From Escherichia coli (GTDB taxonomy: Bacteria; Pseudomonadota; Gammaproteobacteria; Enterobacterales; Enterobacteriaceae): a stretch of DNA of 32,000 bases. The position numbers and the translations under genes are program-made. The stretch lies in NCBI RefSeq assembly GCF_014168675.1, contig NZ_AP021933.1; one strand, given 5' to 3'. Below, one piece after another: positions 1 through 8,589 of this stretch. Every line of letters starts with the position of its first letter. Position 1 is the stretch's first letter. The notes beneath the pieces are model-generated. The model saw nothing but the letters and a program-made list of their open reading frames with translations. It was not told where the DNA came from and did no database searches.

Positions 1-1212
1 AGATTTGCCCGGGCGGCTTAACACGGCAATCTGATTGTCGATAGCTTTTACCGTGTTTGAGAGATCGACAGGGGTATCCCCCATAGCGTCAATTATGCGG
101 TTATATCGCTTTCCTGCTGCCTCAATGAATTTTTGTTGCCCTTTAGTCGCAGATTCATAAAGCTGTTTATCAGAAATGCCACCCAGACCATCGCTAAATG
201 TTCTGACTAAATTTTCTCGTGCTTGTTGTTGATTCAGCCGATTCTTACCGGTTCCAAAAAAAGGAACTCTTTCGCCTAATGTCTGAGCCTGACTCTGCAT
301 AAAGGTTTTATCTTTTAGCATGTCACTGGTCATTAGCGGCAGATTTCTTTCCGATGCAAAGTCGACAGCAGCCTTTGCTTCAGGCGACATATCACCACGA
401 ACAGCCCTCGAAACCGCACTCGCTGTATTTTCCAGCCCCTTACCAATACCACCAATGCCAGCAGAAATTACCGTTTGTAACGGATCAATATCTTCTCCAC
501 CAGCAAGGCTGGTGGCTCCCTGTAGTGCTAAATCTGTAGCTGCTGATTTTCCTATGGCACCAAGCACCGTTCCAGCCCTGCCCGCTGGTGTAAACGCCAA
601 CGCATTAGCAAGAAACGAAGTCAGGTCTTGCGGTGATAAACCCGGCTTGTTCAGGGCATAATCACCTGATGGCAGAGAAACGATAGTATTCCCCTTCTCA
701 TCCTGCCTTAATGTCGCCCCCATTCCCTGAAGAATCTTTTCCTGAGACGCGTCAGAGCCGAAAAGTTGAGACCATCCAGCCTTTAGGGCATCCATGCTTA
801 GTGAGTTCAATTCTGGGGCAGAGGCGACATTTTGCAGTCTCTCCATCTCTGGAGTCATTCGGCTTTCGCCTGTTATAGCATCGCGCATCGCAGCCCCAAG
901 ACTGGCTCCCTGTTCTGCTGAACGCTCAAGCCCCTCTCTTTGCTGAGTAGCTAACTTTGCATACCCTGACGCAAGAGAATTATCAGATGATGTATGTTGA
1001 ATATTTTGAGTTGCTGATTGGGATCGGTCTATTTCATTCGTTGATGGTAGTGGATAGGCAGCATAAAAAGCCTGCTTAGCCTGCTCTACACTTTCTCCGG
1101 CTTGCGGGGCAACGACTTCATTGAAGTATTGCTCCTGAGCCTGCGCTTTTTGTTCTGGTGCTAACGCCTGATACTGTGGAGAGGCGATAACATCTTTCCA
1201 TGCTTTAGCCAT
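1..1212 (-). CDS. P22 gp16-like DNA ejection (injection) protein, N-terminal part, runs off the left edge
   Basis: Frame read by hand from ATG at 1212 (MAKAWKDVIASPQYQALAPEQKAQAQEQYFNEVVAPQ...) to position 1 without a stop codon. It is the last gene of a gp14-gp7-gp20-gp16-ordered cluster and its ATG overlaps the upstream stop (TAATG). Confidence 0.8.
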   Translation of the reverse strand, partial: MAKAWKDVIASPQYQALAPEQKAQAQEQYFNEVVAPQAGESVEQAKQAFYAAYPLPSTNEIDRSQSATQNIQHTSSDNSLASGYAKLATQQREGLERSAEQGASLGAAMRDAITGESRMTPEMERLQNVASAPELNSLSMDALKAGWSQLFGSDASQEKILQGMGATLRQDEKGNTIVSLPSGDYALNKPGLSPQDLTSFLANALAFTPAGRAGTVLGAIGKSAATDLALQGATSLAGGEDIDPLQTVISAGIGGIGKGLENTASAVSRAVRGDMSPEAKAAVDFASERNLPLMTSDMLKDKTFMQSQAQTLGERVPFFGTGKNRLNQQQARENLVRTFSDGLGGISDKQLYESATKGQQKFIEAAGKRYNRIIDAMGDTPVDLSNTVKAIDNQIAVLSRPGKS

Positions 1213-2633
1213 TAATCACCCCATAGTGAAGAAAAGTTACTGCTGGCTGCTGGCTGTGATACCTGCTCAGATTGCGGCAATGTCTGCGACGAAGAAGAAG
1301 TTCCTCTGTCAACTGCTGAAATAACCCGCAAAGCATCATAAGCTCGACCAGAAGCAGCTTTCAGCGAATTGAACTGGTTTTCCATCTTCCGGCGCTTGGT
1401 ATCAATGGTTTTTGTGGAGTCGCCAGGCTGAGGGAAATACATTTGATAATATTTTGACATTTCAGCAGGTGCGATAGCTGCCCCTGTTTCCTGACGGAGT
1501 ATTGCCATTATTGCGTCATTAGCATTAACAACGTATTGCTGCTCTGTTGGGCTGAGCGTTAAGTTAGCCAGCGTCCCATTACCCAAAGCATTATTAATGA
1601 TCGCCACTCGCTGTGGGCTAAGCTGGTCTTTCAGTGTATCTATTGAATCAAGAGCATCCCTAACCCTGTATGCAAATCCAGCAGCTTTTTTAGCCCCTTC
1701 TGGCGACTTTTCCATGATCTTTTGGGCTGTTGGCAAAGCTATTGGACGAAACCCATCTCCAGATATTGGCTGGTTTAGTTTTCCCTGCTCTTCACTTCCG
1801 TCTGTGTAGTATTTTGTGACTGTGCCATCATCGTTTTCTCTAACACTCATTAATTTTTTGGCGTTTGTATTAATTCCAGCCGCTGCCGCAAATGCCGCCG
1901 CCCCCTCTGGATCCGCCTTTAACATTTGAGCGTACTGATTGTAATTCTGCATTGCTGCTGTTGGTGCATATGCTGACGTTAACGCATTTGCTCGGCTAAT
2001 ATCCTGCCCTCTCGCCTGAAGTGCTTCGCCAGCCTGATTGCTGCGGATTGTCTCTGCCAACTTGCCACGCTCAATATCCCGACCTTCCATTTGATCTTTG
2101 ATATCGAAATACTTCTCATGACCGAGAGAAAACAGTGCCATACTACCAGCAAGCCGCTGGAATCCCTGTGGATCATTAACATGCATTTCGGCAACAGACT
2201 CAGGAGAAATTCCCAAGCGACGCATTTCATCTTCGTTATCTGCTATGAATTTTCCAAATGCCCCAGTTCCGAGCGAAGATGCGATTTGAGCACTAGTCGC
2301 AAGATGACCAATAGAATTTCTCTGGTCGTCATCAATAAAGCCCATCCCTTTCTGAACGCTTTCAAATTCTTCTGGATACTCAGAAATAAGACTGCGCATT
2401 TTGTTTCTGTCTCCAGACTCAAAAGCCCCGGCATATGCTTTCTGAAACTCTGCTTTACGCTGTTGTTGACGTGCCTGCTGATTAATCTCAGCAACGCCTC
2501 TTAGCCCCTGTAGCGCCATTAAACCTACGTTTGGCTGCTGCTGATACTGCACAGGCTGAGGAACGGAAGAACGAGGAGCATTATCATTTTGCGGTGCCAT
2601 GCTAGGCAGCCCGCCAAGTTGCCATGTCGCCAT
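1212..2633 (-). CDS. P22 gp20-like DNA ejection protein
   Basis: 473-aa ORF, Gln/Ala-rich (MATWQLGGLPSMAPQNDN...), in the conserved position between gp7-like and gp16-like genes. Confidence 0.8.
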   Translation of the reverse strand: MATWQLGGLPSMAPQNDNAPRSSVPQPVQYQQQPNVGLMALQGLRGVAEINQQARQQQRKAEFQKAYAGAFESGDRNKMRSLISEYPEEFESVQKGMGFIDDDQRNSIGHLATSAQIASSLGTGAFGKFIADNEDEMRRLGISPESVAEMHVNDPQGFQRLAGSMALFSLGHEKYFDIKDQMEGRDIERGKLAETIRSNQAGEALQARGQDISRANALTSAYAPTAAMQNYNQYAQMLKADPEGAAAFAAAAGINTNAKKLMSVRENDDGTVTKYYTDGSEEQGKLNQPISGDGFRPIALPTAQKIMEKSPEGAKKAAGFAYRVRDALDSIDTLKDQLSPQRVAIINNALGNGTLANLTLSPTEQQYVVNANDAIMAILRQETGAAIAPAEMSKYYQMYFPQPGDSTKTIDTKRRKMENQFNSLKAASGRAYDALRVISAVDRGTSSSSQTLPQSEQVSQPAASSNFSSLWGD

Positions 2634-3310
2634 TAGAATCCAAGCCCCCCAACAAGACCAATAAGCCCACCACCAATAGCCCCGGCGACATTACCTATAC
2701 CCGGAACAACGGAACCAAGTTGCGCACCCGCTAAAGCGCCTGATGCCGCCCCACCAATACCACGCGCAAGACTGGATGGCTGCTGCGCCTGACCTGCACG
2801 AATAGCGCCAAGCCCCTGCAAGAGTTGCCCGGTATTATTGGCGTAGTTTTGCCCTGCTGTTGCCTGCCCTGATGCCGCATTCATCCCGACATTTAGCAGG
2901 TTTCCATAATTTTGCATTTGCCCACTGAGCCAATTGTTATAAAGCATGGGCGCAATGGAAGATAACTGGTTACTGGTAGCTGTTGAGCCAAGCCCCCCGG
3001 TAGCTTCTGCTGAGACAAGGTTCTGATAACGGGCCTGATCTGCCTGTGTTTTATATAAACCAGAACCAAAGAAATCATTCGCGGCTTTATTCTGCCCTTC
3101 CAGAGTCATCAGTCCTTGCAGTTGTTGTAAAGCAGGCAATCCGACTTCTGCATACGGCTTGAGATTATTCATCACCGTATTCCACTGCTCGCGCTGCAAA
3201 TCAATTGCCTGCTGCTGGGCCTTCGCCTGAGCTTTAGAGGCACCACCATCACCGCCTTTTTCGTATACGGCACGATTGAGATGTTTATGAGCTATATGGG
3301 TAATTAACAT
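2633..3310 (-). CDS. P22 gp7-like DNA ejection protein
   Basis: 225-aa ORF with an N-terminal EKGG motif, a Gln/Ala-rich body and a Gly-rich hydrophobic C-terminus; position between gp14-like and gp20-like. Confidence 0.8.
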   Translation of the reverse strand: MLITHIAHKHLNRAVYEKGGDGGASKAQAKAQQQAIDLQREQWNTVMNNLKPYAEVGLPALQQLQGLMTLEGQNKAANDFFGSGLYKTQADQARYQNLVSAEATGGLGSTATSNQLSSIAPMLYNNWLSGQMQNYGNLLNVGMNAASGQATAGQNYANNTGQLLQGLGAIRAGQAQQPSSLARGIGGAASGALAGAQLGSVVPGIGNVAGAIGGGLIGLVGGLGF

Positions 3311-3765
3311 TCGCTGAATTCCTTATATTGTTGCCGAGTTAACTGATAAAGCGTTACGCCGACGGGTTTACCACATCTGATATAAGCATCATCAAGGTGA
3401 CCAACACGGGTAGCGCCAAGCAAACGGATAATTGCCCGTCCATATTTTGTGGTGTCAGGAACCATAGTGATGCTGTTAAGGAATGGTGAGTTTTCGAGAA
3501 GCCACTTGCAGAATAATCGATGCCCTTGCAGTGCATATTCACCACGGAATCCGGGGTCGTACACCGCATGGCATTCAACAACGCTATGCCAGAAGTTACG
3601 CACTTCATGAACGCCAGCCAGCACTAATCCTTCGTAGATGCCGAGATATACCGCATCAGGCTTGATGTAGTACGTGTGCCCCGGCTCAACAATATTTTCG
3701 GTATTGCCTGGCTCGTTAAGAAAGGCCTGTAATCGCACAGGGTTATCAATAAATTTTAGTTCCAT
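3304..3765 (-). CDS. P22 gp14-like head assembly protein (DUF2824 family)
   Basis: 153-aa ORF MELKFIDNPVRLQAFLNEPGNTENIVEPGHTYYIKPDAVYLG..., overlapping the downstream gp7-like gene. Confidence 0.75.
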   Translation of the reverse strand: MELKFIDNPVRLQAFLNEPGNTENIVEPGHTYYIKPDAVYLGIYEGLVLAGVHEVRNFWHSVVECHAVYDPGFRGEYALQGHRLFCKWLLENSPFLNSITMVPDTTKYGRAIIRLLGATRVGHLDDAYIRCGKPVGVTLYQLTRQQYKEFSEC

Positions 3766-3781
3766 GCGATGCCATCCATTT

Positions 3782-3943
3782 TCACATACAGCCTGCCAGC
3801 GCCTTATCTATTAACCCTCGTGCAATTTCATGCAGAGTTGGCGCTACTCCAATTCCTGATTTTTTACGCTGCTCTTCCTGAATTTTCTTTATCGCTTCCA
3901 TTTGCTTCTCACTTATCAATACCGGCTTTACTGAAATAGCCAT
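3782..3943 (-). CDS. Small phage protein, 53 aa, first ORF of the ejection-gene operon
   Basis: MAISVKPVLISEKQMEAIKKIQEEQRKKSGIGVAPTLHEIARGLIDKALAGCM*, preceded by AAGGGGG, 16 nt upstream of the gp14-like gene. Absent from the supplied ORF track because it is short. Confidence 0.65.
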   Translation of the reverse strand: MAISVKPVLISEKQMEAIKKIQEEQRKKSGIGVAPTLHEIARGLIDKALAGCM

Positions 3944-3958
3944 AACGCCCCCTTAGAA

Positions 3959-3974
3959 CTGTATAAAACAACAG
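3959..3974. promoter_or_regulatory. Putative LexA (SOS) box upstream of the ejection-gene operon
   Basis: CTGTATAAAACAACAG fits CTG-N10-CAG with an A/T-rich core; next to a TATAAT (minus strand, 3977-3982) and upstream of AAGGGGGCGTTATG. Confidence 0.5.
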
Positions 3975-3976
3975 TT

Positions 3977-3982
3977 ATTATA
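3977..3982 (-). promoter_or_regulatory. Candidate -10 element (TATAAT) for the ejection operon
   Basis: Perfect TATAAT on the minus strand; no good -35 at 16-18 bp, so it may need an activator. Confidence 0.4.
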
Positions 3983-4038
3983 GTTTCACAAATCGCAATA
4001 TTCATCATCGTAATTGCAAAATATGAAACAAATAGCAC

Positions 4039-4070
4039 AAAAAAATGCCACCGCTCAGTAGCTGGTGGCA
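4039..4070 (-). terminator. Rho-independent terminator between the replication and ejection modules
   Basis: Minus strand TGCCACC-AGCTACTGAGC-GGTGGCA followed by a run of seven T residues. Confidence 0.75.
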
Positions 4071-4265
4071 TCGTTCTGTGTGTCAGGTTTTGACAGGTTT
4101 TTTATGGACTCTAAAAACTATATTTATGGTGTCGCATTACTCTTCACGGCAGGCGCTTTTCAGTTCTGCCCTTGCTTCTGGCTCCATTGGTAATTTGATT
4201 CGCGATCAGCTATGCGGATGGTTTGCTGAACAGGCATAACAACTTCTCAGAGGCTGTTTTTTGAA

Positions 4266-4282
4266 CTACGAAAATTTCGTAG
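4266..4282. repeat. Perfect 17-bp palindrome CTACGAAA-A-TTTCGTAG
   Basis: 8-bp arms around a single central base; related to the inverted repeat at 4321-4341. Confidence 0.7.
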
Positions 4283-4320
4283 TGCTCACTTTCAAAAACG
4301 TCACGCCCTTGTACACAGGA

Positions 4321-4341
4321 TTTTACGAAAGTCTCGTAAAA
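4321..4341. repeat. Inverted repeat TTTTACGA-AAGTC-TCGTAAAA
   Basis: 8-bp arms around 5 nt; its central 17-mer TTACGAAAGTCTCGTAA matches the palindrome at 4266-4282 at 13 of 17 positions. Confidence 0.65.
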
Positions 4342-4391
4342 CACTCTCTGATGCCAGCCAGGTGTTGTGCGCATCAATTCAGTCACATTGT

Positions 4392-4502
4392 GTTGGTTCA
4401 AAATACCGTGTTGTTGGTTCAGTGTTGGTTCAATAAAAAGAATAAAATCCTTATAAAACAATACTCTTTACAAATTGAACCAACTGAACCAACTGAACCA
4501 AC
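4392..4502. repeat. Iteron-like array, putative replication origin of the P4-like module
   Basis: GTTGGTTCA at 4392, 4413 and 4424; reverse complement TGAACCAAC in tandem at 4476, 4485 and 4494; very AT-rich DNA at 4433-4475 between the clusters; immediately next to the primase-helicase gene end. Confidence 0.6.
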
Positions 4503-4527
4503 ACCTTTTCTACGCACATGAAGAAGC

Positions 4528-7287
4528 TCATTCTTCAGATGAGTTATAATCTCCTGGCTGGTAATTGAGTACATAAACGTTTATTTGTCGTCCCTGAATA
4601 CGTGGTGATTTTCTTTGGTATCCACGACCGCTGTTTGGTGGGGTTAGCATCCCGGCTTTTTTCAACACTTCAGCAAACTGTTTTGCGTTGAAACCACATG
4701 CGATCTCCTTTTCAAATGTGGCCGGGAATGTGTAGAAAATCATTGGGCTTTCGTCATGTTCTCCACGCTGACGGTATCCGGCTAAATCTTTGATGGGCAA
4801 ATCTGCCGGGCTGTATGGAAATGGTGCAAAACGGCTAAGCCCATAGGCATTAAGAAATGCCTCCGTTTGTTCAATAATCTGCTGATGCTCTTTGTTACCT
4901 GTGCCGAACTCGCGCAACCATGCGTTATAGCTGTGCTGTATCGCATCACGGCATGTCTGAGCATCCCAGCCTGTTACAACCTCGCCTAACAACAATGCGG
5001 CCTCCAGAATGGCAAATCGCGCGGCTACACGGTGAACCTGCTCACCATAATCGGATGGGATCAGGCTTCTCCATCTGCTTTCGCAATCACGAACGGTTTT
5101 AATAGCCTGTTGCTGGTGGTCTGCCAGCCATTTAATCCACTCACGCCCGGACGCGCCGTGGTGATGCTGGTAAGCGTCTTTCAGTGCGTCTGCGTGCTGT
5201 TTTCCGTTCTGGTAATCGTGAAAGCGTACTGCTTTACTCAACGGAATATTCAGCAGTCGCACCAGTTGCCCGGCTTTGGTTTTTCGCCCGGAAGTAGCGA
5301 TAAATGTTTCTAAATCCATTTCTCCGGTGCTGATTGCCACTGTACGCCAGCGTTTTAGATCCCGGTTTCCACCATCTTTAGCGCCTTGCAGTTTCCCTAC
5401 ACCGTTAAATAACGCATAGGCAGACTGTGAAACGCTGACAGGATCAGCGCCCTGACCAACTTCATCAAGCGGCATTAGTCCGTCATTGTGGGCGGCGGCC
5501 TCATTTGCCAGCCCCAGCGCGGTTCCGTACCACGTCAGCCGCAGTAAATCAGGGTTGCCGTATAAGCTGCTCGCCACGTTTGCCGTGGTGGTCTTACCTG
5601 CGCTCGACTGCTCATAGAAATGAATGCCGAACCCGTCAGCGCCCACCAGCCCAATCAATGGCGCTGCCAGTGCTGCGCCGATCCCGGTCATCATTGAATA
5701 GTTACCAAAGGCCAGACGCGCCACGTTATCACGCCAGCTTTTCGCGCTCCCTGAGACGGTATATCCGGCTGCGGCTGAGCTTCTCCCGCTGAACAGCACA
5801 GGATTTTCAGGTGTTCCGATGATTTCCCCATCAGGCATGATGTACGCTCCGCATTGCCAGCCAGTGGCATGAGCAACACGCCACAATTCACGAGAGCCAC
5901 TGCGTTGTAGCCAGTCTGCCAGTATTGCTCTGAGGCTGCTTTTGGTCGTGACATTTACCCCACCAGCTTTAAGTGTGCGCCATCCTTCACGTTCACCAAT
6001 ATCAGCCAGTGGAATGGCAGCGGTTGTCGGCGTTTCAGAACCAAACGACAGCCAGCGAAGAATGAGATACTGGTCTTTATCGTCTCTGCCAGTACCGATA
6101 ACGCTTAACGGAGAACATAACCAGCTTTCGTTATTGATGATTTCTCCACTCTGGCTGTCAGCTCTCGGAGATACCCAATAAATACCATCCTCGCGGCTTT
6201 CTATTCTTGGTTTCAGTGGGTCGGTATCCATAACCTTAAAATCGCTTCCCTCAATGGTCTGTGGCTCATGTTTCACGCCATTACCCTGTGGTTGGTACAT
6301 TGACTTATTGAACGCTTCTGTGGCGCATTTAATGCCGTGTTTTTGGTGGTAATCATTCCAGTCTGCTTTGTGATCTGTCGGGGGTAATGCCACCCATCCA
6401 GAAACAGATAAAGCTGCTTTTTCTGCTGCTATTCTCCCCGTGTTTTGTCTTCCTTCGCTGTGGTCGTTATCCGCAGCAATGATGATTTGTGCTGAAGGAA
6501 ATTTATCCCGCAGTACCTGGGCGACATATAACAGGTTCCCGGCATCAATCGCCGCCACTGTCAGCGCCTCTGGACGAATTAAATGGGCAGATAATGCCGT
6601 TGCCAGCCCTTCTGCGATTAAGATGCTCTGTGTTGTTTCTGGCGCGTTTATGGCGTGATATGCCCCCCGCTTTGCTGAACCTGTCAGGAGTCTTTTTTCA
6701 CCATGTGATGTAATAGTCTGTGCTGCTGTGACTGCGCCGGATTTATCCACCAGCGCCAGCAACAGAGATCCATCGGGCAACACGGGGAATGTAAAATCAC
6801 CTACCCCTTTCGCAACCAGATAATCAGATTTGCCGTTTACAGCCTTTCTGCGCATGTCATCAAACTGACGGGAAAACGTATCCCGTCTTTGTTGTTCGTC
6901 CTTCTCTGCCCTTTTCAGGCGCTCCTGTTCGCGTCGCTGGCGCTCGGTTTCCAGTTGTTCCCGTTTCTGGCTGGTGGCTTCTGGTGTTTCCGTTGTCCGG
7001 TAATCAATACCCAGAACATCAGCGGCAAGAAGCGCCGCCTCTGTTGTGTCGCAGTTATTTACGCGTTTAATTAAATCCAGCCCATCACCAGCGCCGCACT
7101 GATTACAGATGAAGCTACCGCGCCCGTTGTCATCGAACCGGAATCGATCTTTGCCCCCACATGCAGGGCAGGGAGCATGACGGCGCGGAGAGTCAGGGAC
7201 ATTTATGTTCAGGCAGCCCAGCACATGAGGCCAGTTGTTTTCAGACGCACTGATAACCTGACGGATAAGATCAATGTTTCGCATCAC
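4528..7287 (-). CDS. P4-type primase/helicase-like protein (zinc-finger primase, TOPRIM, DUF927 domains)
   Basis: 919 aa; CPACGGKDRFRFDDNGRGSFICNQCGAGDGLDLI zinc finger, ILIAEGLATALSAH and IIIAADND TOPRIM-like motifs, GADGFGIHFYEQSSAGKTTT helicase/DUF927 motif. Confidence 0.9.
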   Translation of the reverse strand: MMRNIDLIRQVISASENNWPHVLGCLNINVPDSPRRHAPCPACGGKDRFRFDDNGRGSFICNQCGAGDGLDLIKRVNNCDTTEAALLAADVLGIDYRTTETPEATSQKREQLETERQRREQERLKRAEKDEQQRRDTFSRQFDDMRRKAVNGKSDYLVAKGVGDFTFPVLPDGSLLLALVDKSGAVTAAQTITSHGEKRLLTGSAKRGAYHAINAPETTQSILIAEGLATALSAHLIRPEALTVAAIDAGNLLYVAQVLRDKFPSAQIIIAADNDHSEGRQNTGRIAAEKAALSVSGWVALPPTDHKADWNDYHQKHGIKCATEAFNKSMYQPQGNGVKHEPQTIEGSDFKVMDTDPLKPRIESREDGIYWVSPRADSQSGEIINNESWLCSPLSVIGTGRDDKDQYLILRWLSFGSETPTTAAIPLADIGEREGWRTLKAGGVNVTTKSSLRAILADWLQRSGSRELWRVAHATGWQCGAYIMPDGEIIGTPENPVLFSGRSSAAAGYTVSGSAKSWRDNVARLAFGNYSMMTGIGAALAAPLIGLVGADGFGIHFYEQSSAGKTTTANVASSLYGNPDLLRLTWYGTALGLANEAAAHNDGLMPLDEVGQGADPVSVSQSAYALFNGVGKLQGAKDGGNRDLKRWRTVAISTGEMDLETFIATSGRKTKAGQLVRLLNIPLSKAVRFHDYQNGKQHADALKDAYQHHHGASGREWIKWLADHQQQAIKTVRDCESRWRSLIPSDYGEQVHRVAARFAILEAALLLGEVVTGWDAQTCRDAIQHSYNAWLREFGTGNKEHQQIIEQTEAFLNAYGLSRFAPFPYSPADLPIKDLAGYRQRGEHDESPMIFYTFPATFEKEIACGFNAKQFAEVLKKAGMLTPPNSGRGYQRKSPRIQGRQINVYVLNYQPGDYNSSEE

Positions 7288-7642
7288 CGTACCCCACGTG
7301 GTCTATAGCGTTTGCGATATGGCTAACCAGCATCTGCCACTTGGTTATTCCGTAATCAGTCAGCATGCCATCATTGTTTAGCCACATATCAAATTCAGCG
7401 GTTGTCGCAAGTTTCCACTTATCGCCGTGGACAGTCCTCATTGCTGGGTACATGAATGCGCAAATCAGATCACAAACATCTGACGGCTTCAGAGATGTAG
7501 TAATGGTGCGTCCCTCTGGCGTCTGAATTGCCATTTTCTCTTCACCAGTAGAATGAAGGTTATGAATCCACACAGCACCAGCAATCTTTGCCACCTGCTC
7601 TCCGATTGCGGAGCTAAGCGCCATTTCTGCATTTTCACGCAT
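7271..7642 (-). CDS. Hypothetical phage protein (123 aa)
   Basis: ORF overlapping the primase start; part of a tightly overlapping minus-strand gene chain. Confidence 0.6.
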   Translation of the reverse strand: MRENAEMALSSAIGEQVAKIAGAVWIHNLHSTGEEKMAIQTPEGRTITTSLKPSDVCDLICAFMYPAMRTVHGDKWKLATTAEFDMWLNNDGMLTDYGITKWQMLVSHIANAIDHVGYGDAKH

Positions 7643-7976
7643 GAGAACCTCCCGCTACAGTTGCGCCCATGTCATTAACCATGCTTTGCCATATCTCACG
7701 CCCGACGTCAGTCAATCCGTCCTTAGTGACGCAACGCTCAAGAAGCTCGATCCCCACGGTTTCCCACTGCTGGTAGAACACTTTCATGGCTGCCAGTGTG
7801 TAGCTATCGATCAGGCTGCGAACGCCTTTTACTCCATTGACGATTTCCACACGTACGGCCTCGCCGTCCGCATCAACCATGAAATAGTCCCCGCCGCTGG
7901 TGGAGGTAATGTGGTTATACAGTGCCGACGCATACTTATTTGCCAGCGCATTCAGTCGGAAATTTTTAGTAATCAT
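7635..7976 (-). CDS. Hypothetical phage protein (113 aa)
   Basis: Member of the overlapping gene chain. Confidence 0.6.
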   Translation of the reverse strand: MITKNFRLNALANKYASALYNHITSTSGGDYFMVDADGEAVRVEIVNGVKGVRSLIDSYTLAAMKVFYQQWETVGIELLERCVTKDGLTDVGREIWQSMVNDMGATVAGGSHA

Positions 7977-7986
7977 GGCTCCATCC

Positions 7987-8589
7987 TCAGTGCGTCACTG
8001 GTTCCGCTGGCATGCCGTTTTCATTCAGTTCAGCTATAAAGCTGTTGTGAAGTTCAGCAAGCGTTTCACGACCAAATGGAGTCAGTGCTCCTTGTTCCAC
8101 ATCCATCATGGCTCTGTAGAAAATGATGGCGCGTTCTGTGCCAGACTCGATGCCAAAACGTTCTATCATCGCGCCCTCAATGTTGTTTGCCATAGCGAGG
8201 CGCTCTGCTACTGGATACAGCGGCATGGCGACGATGCCGTTGGAATAAACAGCCACTTCGGAAGGATTGCCAGTATCATCAATGATGCTGACAGTGCCGT
8301 TTTCCTCTCTCATTTCCAGCATGAATACTGTTGCGATCAGCCATCTCCACATAATGACGTTATGCTGTGATGTGTAATCGAAATATCCTTGGTTGCCGCC
8401 ATCGGCAATAGCGAGATGTATTGACATACCTTCATCTGGTTTATCGTCATAATCCCCGGCATCCAGACGATTTACGGCATCAATATATGAGACGGCCTCA
8501 ACGCGTTCTGTCATGCCATCGTTGCTGCGGTACATGATGTTTACGCCGTCAGGCGTTGCTTCTGCATGGAAAGTTAAGAAATTATTCAT
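7987..8589 (-). CDS. Hypothetical phage protein (200 aa, start reassigned to MNNFLTFHAEATPDG)
   Basis: The supplied ORF starts at 8694; the internal ATG at 8589 restores tight packing with the next gene (stop at 8582). Confidence 0.6.
   Translation of the reverse strand: MNNFLTFHAEATPDGVNIMYRSNDGMTERVEAVSYIDAVNRLDAGDYDDKPDEGMSIHLAIADGGNQGYFDYTSQHNVIMWRWLIATVFMLEMREENGTVSIIDDTGNPSEVAVYSNGIVAMPLYPVAERLAMANNIEGAMIERFGIESGTERAIIFYRAMMDVEQGALTPFGRETLAELHNSFIAELNENGMPAEPVTH

Noticed and set aside
320-661. Plus-strand ORFs opposite gp16/gp20-like genes (320-661, 354-539, 1597-1809, 2091-2504)
   Set aside because: Antisense shadows of clearly coding minus-strand phage genes.
4210-4461. 83-aa minus-strand ORF in the origin region
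   Set aside because: Overlaps both palindromes and half the iterons; more likely non-coding regulatory DNA, although it cannot be excluded.
4261-4521. 86-aa plus-strand ORF ending in an EPTEPTEPT repeat
   Set aside because: The peptide repeat is just the translation of the 9-mer iterons and the frame crosses palindromes and AT-rich DNA; no ribosome-binding site or recognised homology.
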